50,261 nucleotides of DNA from Microgenomates group bacterium GW2011_GWF2_46_18 (GTDB lineage: Bacteria > Patescibacteriota > Microgenomatia > UBA1400 > UBA12108). The stretch covers positions 3,434 to 53,694 of the forward strand of contig LCMB01000002.1 in the NCBI GenBank assembly GCA_001002415.1, in the 5' to 3' direction. Position numbers and translations under genes: made by a program. Below the pieces are notes generated by a model. That model ran no database searches. It saw nothing but the letters and a program-made list of their open reading frames with translations, and was not told the origin of the DNA. This document shows, piece by piece, positions 1-6,176 of this stretch (positions are counted from its first letter, which is position 1; each line of letters opens with the position of its first letter).

Positions 1-86
1 CCATTTTTTAGCCCAGTAACGAGAGAAGCAATGGCTTCCGGCTGATCGCCGGCGGGCTGGTAGGGTGATTTGACCGTGAATTTCAT
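1..86 (-). CDS. uvrB: Excinuclease ABC subunit B, N-terminal fragment (gene continues beyond left edge)
   Basis: Minus-strand ATG at 86..84. Translation MKFTVKSPYQPAGDQPEAIASLVTGLKNG matches the conserved UvrB N-terminus (P.GDQP.AI..L). Too short in this window to appear in the ORF track. Confidence 0.8.
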   Translation of the reverse strand, partial: MKFTVKSPYQPAGDQPEAIASLVTGLKN

Positions 87-144
87 GACCTATCAGTATA
101 ACATGGTTTCGGGTTTTGTTTCTAGGGGGATGGGGACGGGTTGA

Positions 145-1221
145 TTAAGCGGTGAGGCGAGTGGTAAAGCGAGAGACGATACTACGAATGAGCTGTTTGG
201 ATTTTTGCTCATTAAGTTTTTTGGTAATATCCCAGTCAAGGCCAGGGCCGGTATTGCCTTCGACAAAGTAGACATGGCCGGAGTTGCTAACCAGGAAATC
301 TAGTGCATAGAGAGAGCCTGGCAGATTGAGTTGTTGTACGATTTGGTTTGCAATTGTGTGAACAGAAGCGGGAATGGCGGATGAGTCAACATAGATTAAC
401 TCCCCTCCTTGGTGTTCGTTACAGCGGAAATCCTGGGGTTGAGCGATCCGGATATATGATTGAAGCAGTTGGTTGGAATGAAAAATTAGGCGTAGATCGG
501 TGGGCGCATGGCGGTTTTGGTAGGTGTAGCCGTGATCAAAAGCGAGGAACGGCTGAAGGACAAACTGGACTTCCGGGTTCTTTGACATAAGATTTTGGAT
601 ACGGTGAGAGAAGTTGCGGGCAATCTTGTAAACATGGTTGCCGCCAGCTCCAAAGCGATCTTTTAATACCAAGGCCGAAGAAAAATCAGTTGAAAAGGGG
701 TGCTGTTTAACAAGCTGACGAAGTTGAGAGAGAGCTTGGGTAATGTCTTTAACCCTAGCTGAGAGCACAGCCGTGGTGGGAATGGAGAAGGGAGCAAGCA
801 GTTGATAGGTAAGAAGCTTGTCGTAGAAGGTAGAAAAGAGGGTGGGATCATTAAAAGGAATAATCGATTGGTGGGACAAAAGCAGTTTGCGTTCGGCTAG
901 CCGGAGGGAAGAGCGGGGAGAGATTTTGTCAAAAATTTGAGTTGATTTGGCCATCCCGTTGATTTTGGTCCAGTTACCCTGGTCGGAGGTCCAGTAGTTT
1001 TGACATTGGCCGGGGCCAACAATGTCGGCAGAGGTGGTAAAGCCGGCGGTTAGGCCGTTTTTTTGGCAGGTATCGAGAAAATAGGCATAGGAAAGGTTAT
1101 AGTTGGAACGACGCGAGTTGATGAGGAAGGGATGAATGCTTTGGGAATCTGAGACCGAGGCGCTTTGAGCAACACTTGCAGAGTAGACGACCAAAACATC
1201 GAGTTTGACGATGTTTTTCAT
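145..1221 (-). CDS. ATP-grasp fold ligase-like protein (YheC/YheD- or RimK-like)
   Basis: ORF 145..1371. FGAGGNHVYKI, NEHQGG and LDFLVSNSGHVYFVEGNTGPGLDW resemble ATP-grasp nucleotide-binding and C-terminal motifs. Start moved to ATG 1221 (MKNIVKLDVLVVY) because a TATAAT box (1247..1252, minus) lies inside the longer GTG-initiated ORF. Confidence 0.6.
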   Translation of the reverse strand: MKNIVKLDVLVVYSASVAQSASVSDSQSIHPFLINSRRSNYNLSYAYFLDTCQKNGLTAGFTTSADIVGPGQCQNYWTSDQGNWTKINGMAKSTQIFDKISPRSSLRLAERKLLLSHQSIIPFNDPTLFSTFYDKLLTYQLLAPFSIPTTAVLSARVKDITQALSQLRQLVKQHPFSTDFSSALVLKDRFGAGGNHVYKIARNFSHRIQNLMSKNPEVQFVLQPFLAFDHGYTYQNRHAPTDLRLIFHSNQLLQSYIRIAQPQDFRCNEHQGGELIYVDSSAIPASVHTIANQIVQQLNLPGSLYALDFLVSNSGHVYFVEGNTGPGLDWDITKKLNEQKSKQLIRSIVSRFTTRLTA

Positions 1222-1543
1222 AATGTTTCCCGAGGGAGATACACATATTATACACCTTTTGTGGTTATCGTGGAGCGTAGCTGTGTTGACGGATGAGTAT
1301 TGGTTATGTAGACTACCACGAGTAATCGGAGATCCATAGGCATTTGCGTCTAGAATGATCTCCTTTTGCACCTTAACACTCAGTCAGAATTCTTTGAAAA
1401 GTGGGTTTCACTTTGGGAATTAGTTTATGAGTTCTCAGTGTGAAATCCATTTTAAAAGGAGATAGACACAGATGACCCCACCCTCCACAACATAGTTCTT
1501 TGCATTCAAACAATTCACAATTCACATAACCTAAGGAGATACG

Positions 1544-1738
1544 ATGCAAAAGAAATTTGGTTTTTTGTTCTTTGCCGCAGCATCATTGGCTGCATTGATA
1601 GGCGCCATGGGCGCGGCAGTATCCCAGTTTTGGGGATGTTGTCACAAATGTGACACTTCGGGATGCCACAACCATTGTTGTCGACCGTTTGGCCACCGTG
1701 GCAATAATCACCTGTGTAAGCGTCACGGAGGAGCGTAA
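1544..1738 (+). CDS. Secreted Cys/His-rich mini-protein 1 (64 aa)
   Basis: Strong SD AAGGAG at 1533..1538, 5 nt before the ATG. N-terminal signal-like segment MQKKFGFLFFAAASLAALIGAMGAAVS. The C-terminal 34 aa contain 7 Cys and 6 His (GCCHKCDTSGCHNHCCRPFGHRGNNHLCKRHGGA). Confidence 0.7.
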   Translation: MQKKFGFLFFAAASLAALIGAMGAAVSQFWGCCHKCDTSGCHNHCCRPFGHRGNNHLCKRHGGA

Positions 1739-1740
1739 CA

Positions 1741-1926
1741 ATGAAAATTGTGAAGTTTTTTGTGACAGTTTTCATTTCTGGTTTGGTGGCCGTTGTCTGC
1801 TCTGCTTCTGCAGAGTGGATTTGCCGTGGTAAGTGCAAGAAACATGGCAATCCATGCAAGCGGGGCAAGGGTCATTTGGGAGCCCACAAATGTGGGTTGT
1901 GCACTAATGTGCAGGCATGTGACTGA
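1741..1926 (+). CDS. Secreted Cys-rich cationic mini-protein 2 (61 aa)
   Basis: SD GGAGGA at 1727..1732. Starts 2 nt after the stop of mini-protein 1. Signal peptide MKIVKFFVTVFISGLVAVVCSASA with an AxA-type cleavage motif. The predicted 37-aa mature part has 6 Cys, 6 Lys, 2 Arg and 4 His. Confidence 0.7.
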   Translation: MKIVKFFVTVFISGLVAVVCSASAEWICRGKCKKHGNPCKRGKGHLGAHKCGLCTNVQACD

Positions 1927-1933
1927 GTAAGTC

Positions 1934-1971
1934 GAACCTGTGACGGTATGTCACAATATCGTCACAGGTTC
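1934..1971 (+). terminator. 12-bp inverted repeat hairpin downstream of the peptide operon (possible shared terminator with the convergent Doc-like gene)
   Basis: gaacctgtgacg (1934..1945) pairs perfectly with cgtcacaggttc (1960..1971). A T-run tttt at 1977..1980 follows after a 5-nt gap. Confidence 0.5.
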
Positions 1972-2035
1972 AGTAAGTTTTCTGAGAAATATATTTTTAG
2001 TTATGAGGAGAGATCGGGTTGTGTGTTAGAACCTT

Positions 2036-3025
2036 TTAGTATATATCTTGCAAGAGCAGAAGTATAAGTCCAATGACGCGATCTTTATCTTTGGGATTAC
2101 TCTCGGCAATTAATATTGTAATAGTCGTGAGCGCGGTTGCGGTAAATTTACTCGTATCGAGTAAATTGTATTTGCGTAATAACCAGATAAAGATAAAGGC
2201 GCCAGAGCGCTTATTCCCATCAACTAAGGGGTGATTTTTGATAACAAAGTATAAGAGATGGGCTGCTTTTTCTTCGATGGTGGGATACAGATCCTCTTTC
2301 CCATATGACTGCAAAATATTCCCCACAATGCTAGCAATCCCACCCCTTTCTCTCTCAATTCCAAAAAACTCACTAGCTATTTGATCGGTGATTAGTGCTT
2401 GCCTGAACTCTTTAAGAATAGTTTTAACCTGTTCTATTGTAAGCACAACTTCTTTGAGTGTTGCACCTTCTTTGGGCATGGTTGATTTGTCATAGGCGTC
2501 GAGTGAGAACCAGGTGGAAGCAAATAGTTTGATGAGTTCAAGTGTTTCTGTGCCCGTGACGCTATTATTTGTAGGGAGTAATCTCTTAACATCTTCGACT
2601 GCGAGTAGGAATTTATCATAATTCCTACTAATCATTTTTTTGTTGATGGTGTAGCCAGTCAAAATATGTGATCGAAGTGTTTTGGTGGCCCAGATACGAA
2701 ACTTGGTTCCTAATACTGAGTTGATTCGATAGCCGACTGCAATTATTAGATCTAAGTTATATGAATAGACTTGTCTCTTTATTTGTCTATTACCTTCTTT
2801 TTGAACTTGTTCCATTTTGGAACATGTTGCCACCTTTTCTAATTCTTGATCATCATAAATGTTAGCAATATGTTTTGTAATAGCTTGGGAGTTGACGCCA
2901 AAAATTTGGGCTATTTGTGCTTGAGTTGCCCAGACGGTGTCGTGATTGTAGTCACCTTTGAGTTCGATGGCACCATCTTTGGCTTGGTATACGATGATTT
3001 GGGATAATTCCCCTGTTTTATTCAT
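2036..3025 (-). CDS. RhuM-family N-terminal domain fused to a Fic/Doc (death-on-curing type) domain
   Basis: The N-terminal part (QAQIAQIFGV...ITKHI...LDLIIAVGYRINS..GTKFRIWAT) resembles RhuM virulence-family proteins. The C-terminal HPLVDGNKRSGA fits the Doc-type motif HxFxDGNKR. Confidence 0.7.
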   Translation of the reverse strand: MNKTGELSQIIVYQAKDGAIELKGDYNHDTVWATQAQIAQIFGVNSQAITKHIANIYDDQELEKVATCSKMEQVQKEGNRQIKRQVYSYNLDLIIAVGYRINSVLGTKFRIWATKTLRSHILTGYTINKKMISRNYDKFLLAVEDVKRLLPTNNSVTGTETLELIKLFASTWFSLDAYDKSTMPKEGATLKEVVLTIEQVKTILKEFRQALITDQIASEFFGIERERGGIASIVGNILQSYGKEDLYPTIEEKAAHLLYFVIKNHPLVDGNKRSGAFIFIWLLRKYNLLDTSKFTATALTTITILIAESNPKDKDRVIGLILLLLQDIY

Positions 3026-3118
3026 GACTTAAATATATACTAAACTGTTATTATCGTGAAAAGTCTAACTCCGTTCAGATATGTTAAATCTAAAAGAGAT
3101 TGAGATCAGGTAGTAGAC

Positions 3119-3220
3119 ATGTTCTGTAACCGAGAAGTAGAGTTTGACATTACCTTGCCCGAGTTACAATCATTTTACGCCGACTTTGGCTTGGTCCCTA
3201 GTTTCCCTATTTCAGATTAG
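3119..3220 (+). CDS. Candidate 33-aa small ORF, paralog of 5089..5187
   Basis: My own translation: MFCNREVEFDITLPELQSFYADFGLVPSFPISD. It shares its start context (attgagatc.ggta..ATGt.ctg) and 10 identities over the 20 aligned residues with the ORF at 5089. It overlaps the 3' end of the convergent hydrolase gene. No clear SD. Confidence 0.3.
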   Translation: MFCNREVEFDITLPELQSFYADFGLVPSFPISD

Positions 3221-3932
3221 TTTTGTACCAATTATCAATTGTATCTATCATAAGTTTTTCAGTCCCCGGTAATTTGCAGGCGTGGTCCGCACCTTTCAGT
3301 AGTTCATAGTCATATTTGATAGAGATTGCTTCCCTATAATCGTCCATGACTTGCTTTGGGACCTCCTGGTCTAGCTCGCAAGCCATAAACAATATCTTGC
3401 CTTGGAACTCACTAATAGCTTTGAGAGCTTTATTATTTTCTTTGGTGTGATGACTGAGTCTGTAGGAGGTAACCTCGCTTTGTTCTTGGGAAAGCTTGGG
3501 TTCGTTCCAACCTTCGTCTGGGTAGAGAGCTGGCGCTTTGAGGAGTATTTTGTCGACTTTTCTTGCTTGAGCGACCAATGTTCCCATGTATCCGCCATAG
3601 CTACTGCCAAAAACCGAGATGTCGGAGGTATCGGCATTTGGTAGGTTTACCATAAAATCATAAGCAGCTAAACAATCGTCTAGATGGTCTTGTCTAGAGA
3701 AAAGAGATAGGTCTCCGCCAGTTTCACCGTGACCTCTCATATCATATAAAACAGCGATATGTCCTGCCTCGACTACTGGTTCTATTCTCACTGGATACCG
3801 TGCCATTGCACTTGTCCAACCGTGAATTACTAAAATTACTGGTCTCTTTCCTGAAAACGTCGGATTTTGTAAGACTAATCCTTTCAGTGTAGAGCCGTTT
3901 GAAAGTGGAATATTTACGTTTGTTGTTTGCAT
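3207..3932 (-). CDS. Alpha/beta hydrolase (dienelactone hydrolase / S9-like)
   Basis: Nucleophile elbow GSSYGG, HGW oxyanion region and a C-terminal GADH motif. Confidence 0.65.
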   Translation of the reverse strand: MQTTNVNIPLSNGSTLKGLVLQNPTFSGKRPVILVIHGWTSAMARYPVRIEPVVEAGHIAVLYDMRGHGETGGDLSLFSRQDHLDDCLAAYDFMVNLPNADTSDISVFGSSYGGYMGTLVAQARKVDKILLKAPALYPDEGWNEPKLSQEQSEVTSYRLSHHTKENNKALKAISEFQGKILFMACELDQEVPKQVMDDYREAISIKYDYELLKGADHACKLPGTEKLMIDTIDNWYKTNLK

Positions 3933-3941
3933 ATTAGTTTT

Positions 3942-4250
3942 CTATTTCGCTTCCCCTGTAAATTTGCCTGCTTCGACAAACTTTGTTTTATAGAGTTTTT
4001 GTTCTTCCTCGGTGAAGACAGTTAGCACCTCTACTTTTAAATAGGTTTTGCCGTCTTTTTGAGATAACTCGAGAACTCGACAGTAACCGAGAAAATTCCA
4101 GTCGGTATGGAAGTAGAGTAAGGCTATTCGAAGTGGCAGCACTCGCTCACGTTCGAGCTCTAAATCGACTATTAGACCCGACTTAAGTGACTTGAAATCA
4201 AAGTCACCAGGGAGTCTTACGATTGAGTTGATTTCTGTCATTGCACCCAT
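3942..4250 (-). CDS. Hypothetical protein (102 aa)
   Basis: ORF with SD AGGAG 4 nt upstream of the ATG (RC of 4251..4262). Packed tightly between two hydrolase genes. No motif recognised. Confidence 0.5.
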   Translation of the reverse strand: MGAMTEINSIVRLPGDFDFKSLKSGLIVDLELERERVLPLRIALLYFHTDWNFLGYCRVLELSQKDGKTYLKVEVLTVFTEEEQKLYKTKFVEAGKFTGEAK

Positions 4251-4257
4251 ATATCTC

Positions 4258-4998
4258 CTAGTGCTGCTTGATAAATTTGCTAATTATGTAGTTAAATTCT
4301 ACCTCATTTTCTAGGTTTACCATGTGGCCAGAGTTACCAATGTACTCTAGATTAGAGTTGATAATTTTGTCGGCCAGAGTATCTGCTATGGTGTGATAGT
4401 AATCGAGGTCCTTGTCGCCAACCAGGATTTGTGTGGGTAATTTGATCTCACCTAGCCTATCAATGGCGGGCGGGATTAGTTTTATCCATGGATCATGGTT
4501 GAGCCAGTGCCAGCCAGAATAATCGGACACCATTTGCTTAAGTCTTGAGAAAATCTTTGGATTAGATTTGACTGAGTCAAACACGGGATGATTTAGCCAG
4601 TTCTCCTTGGCTTTTTCTAATCCCTGCTCTTTGGCGTAGACTTGCCAGTTGACTGAGCTGGCATAGCCACCAAGGGATGAGTCTGCGAGTGTCAAGGTTA
4701 GGACTGTATCTGGGTTGGTAAGGACATAGTCGAGAGCAACTTCTCCCCCTAGCGAAAGTCCAACTAAGTGAAATTTGGAGAGATTTAGGCTTGTGACAAG
4801 GTCGTGAAGATTGTCATGGTGAGTATATGGCCCTGTAGGTAGTGGTGATTTGCCAAAGCCACGCATGTCGTAGGTAATGACTTGGTTGGTTTTGCTAAGG
4901 ATCTCTACTTGAGGGTCCCACATTCGTGAGTCAAGGGAAAAGCCGTGAACGAAGATGATTGGTACACCCTCGCCTTTTGATTGAAAATACAAGTCCAT
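4258..4998 (-). CDS. Alpha/beta hydrolase fold protein
   Basis: HGFSLDSRMW oxyanion region, nucleophile elbow GLSLGG and a C-terminal GH motif. Confidence 0.7.
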   Translation of the reverse strand: MDLYFQSKGEGVPIIFVHGFSLDSRMWDPQVEILSKTNQVITYDMRGFGKSPLPTGPYTHHDNLHDLVTSLNLSKFHLVGLSLGGEVALDYVLTNPDTVLTLTLADSSLGGYASSVNWQVYAKEQGLEKAKENWLNHPVFDSVKSNPKIFSRLKQMVSDYSGWHWLNHDPWIKLIPPAIDRLGEIKLPTQILVGDKDLDYYHTIADTLADKIINSNLEYIGNSGHMVNLENEVEFNYIISKFIKQH

Positions 4999-5022
4999 CA
5001 GCTAATTGTATCAGGATATTGA

Positions 5023-5046
5023 CTATATCAAACTATATCATTGGGT
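5023..5046. repeat. 24-bp perfect direct repeat, distal copy (ctatatcaaactatatcattgggt)
   Basis: Identical to 6043..6066. It contains an internal tandem ctatatca-aa-ctatatca. It lies 24 nt upstream of the 4258..4998 start codon. Confidence 0.9.
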
Positions 5047-5088
5047 CAGCTAGTGGACTCATTCGTGAACAAGAAAATTGAGATCGGT

Positions 5089-5187
5089 ATGTCTGCTCCA
5101 GAGTTGAAATCATTAGTCGCAAATTTTGATTTAGTGGCTAATTTTACATATGTGGACTTGAGTCAAACATCCATTCCAGAGCTTTGA
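5089..5187 (+). CDS. Candidate 32-aa small ORF, paralog of 3119..3220
   Basis: My own translation: MSAPELKSLVANFDLVANFTYVDLSQTSIPEL. Homologous to the 3119 ORF at nucleotide level (30/45 in the core) and at peptide level. It overlaps the 3' end of the convergent APH gene by 44 nt. Confidence 0.3.
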   Translation: MSAPELKSLVANFDLVANFTYVDLSQTSIPEL

Positions 5188-6013
5188 GCGATTTCTGTAG
5201 ATACTCGTCTTCTCTGATTCCGCAATATAGATCTTCGAATATCAAACATTTGGCGTAGAATACTGTCCTCACCCTGATTTGTTCTCTGATTTCTGGGGTA
5301 GCATTGTGTTTGGCGAGGACCATGTCGAGTATCCTAGGACCTATATCGCGATAAATCCGTGCAAAATCACAGGCTGGGTCAGCGATTGCGACGCCTCCCC
5401 AATCAATGATCCCACTCACCTTACCATCTGTTACCAGGATATGCTCTATTCCTAGGTCATTGTGACAAAGAACTTTGTTGACCAGTTCATCTTGTGGCTT
5501 TGAGTTAAAAAAGGTCTCTATCTCTGGATAATGCTTGCTTGGAACTAGATGCTTGGTTTTTTCGTAAAAACGATAGCTGTGAGTTTGCCAGTCTGCAAAA
5601 GACTTGTCCTCTATGAGGATGTTGAGATTGTCTAACTCATTTTTAGGAATTGAGTGTAGTTTGTTAAGGAAATCGCCGATTTGCTCTGAAAATGTCTTCC
5701 AAGCGTCAAAATGTGCCATTTCGTATATTAATGGGTTACCCTGTAGCTTTTCGTATCCTACAAAAGAATGATCCGTTGGCAGATAGTCAAATTTTGGATA
5801 TGGCAAAGTACTATATCTACTTAGTACTGGTTGCAAAATGATTTCTTGAGCTAGCTGGATTTGGTTGGCAGGACCCTTGGGATAGCGAAAGACTAGATGA
5901 TCGTTTACCTCATAAGCGATATTGCCTGTCCCTTCGCCAATTTTTACGATTTTGCTTATGGTAAGGTCAGGAAAATTTTTGGAAATTAGTGATTGTGCTG
6001 TGATTTCGTCCAT
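5144..6013 (-). CDS. Aminoglycoside/small-molecule phosphotransferase (APH family kinase)
   Basis: Catalytic loop CHNDLGIEHILV and IDWGGVAIADPACDFA, both typical of the APH/choline-kinase fold. Confidence 0.7.
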   Translation of the reverse strand: MDEITAQSLISKNFPDLTISKIVKIGEGTGNIAYEVNDHLVFRYPKGPANQIQLAQEIILQPVLSRYSTLPYPKFDYLPTDHSFVGYEKLQGNPLIYEMAHFDAWKTFSEQIGDFLNKLHSIPKNELDNLNILIEDKSFADWQTHSYRFYEKTKHLVPSKHYPEIETFFNSKPQDELVNKVLCHNDLGIEHILVTDGKVSGIIDWGGVAIADPACDFARIYRDIGPRILDMVLAKHNATPEIREQIRVRTVFYAKCLIFEDLYCGIREDEYLQKSLKALEWMFDSSPHM

Positions 6014-6042
6014 CTATAGAGTATACACTAAAAATCCTATGT

Positions 6043-6066
6043 CTATATCAAACTATATCATTGGGT
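6043..6066. repeat. 24-bp perfect direct repeat, tRNA-proximal copy
   Basis: Identical to 5023..5046. It overlaps the last 3 nt of tRNA-His and forms its 3' trailer. It lies 29 nt upstream of the APH start codon. Confidence 0.9.
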
Positions 6067-6138
6067 GGGTGAGCGGATTTGAACCGCCTGCCTCATCCTC
6101 CACAGGGACGCGCTCTAACCAAATGAGCTACACCCACC
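6064..6138 (-). tRNA. tRNA-His (GTG)
   Basis: Manual cloverleaf. Encoded G-1 plus acceptor GTGGGTG/CACCCAC and discriminator C. D arm GCTCATTTGGTTAGAGC. Anticodon loop CTGTGGA. T loop TTCAAAT. No encoded CCA. Confidence 0.9.
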
Positions 6139-6153
6139 ACGGTGCACATGCGT

Positions 6154-6159
6154 ATTATA
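6154..6159 (-). promoter_or_regulatory. -10 box TATAAT for tRNA-His
   Basis: RC of attata. Lies 15 nt upstream of G-1. The same TATAATAC context is seen at 6305..6310 and 7825..7832. Confidence 0.5.
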
Positions 6160-6176
6160 ACTCAAAAATAGATATG

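Noticed and set aside
86-115. Confident LexA box upstream of uvrB
   Set aside because: Only a single inverted 7-mer (TTCGGGT) is shared with the lexA and polymerase promoters, and there is no palindrome or second half-site. This is too weak to annotate as a feature and is mentioned only within the SOS-operator finding.
1515-1868. 117-aa minus-strand ORF overlapping both Cys-rich peptide genes
   Set aside because: It is antisense to two ORFs that each have a strong SD, a signal peptide and tight operon spacing. This ORF has no SD or promoter, and its composition mirrors that of the sense genes.
145-1926. Graspetide/microviridin-type RiPP cluster
   Set aside because: The candidate precursors carry Sec signal peptides and Cys/His-rich cores rather than leader peptides with Thr/Ser-Asp/Glu macrocyclisation motifs. 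The genes are divergent, not co-oriented. The idea is retained only as a low-interest speculation.
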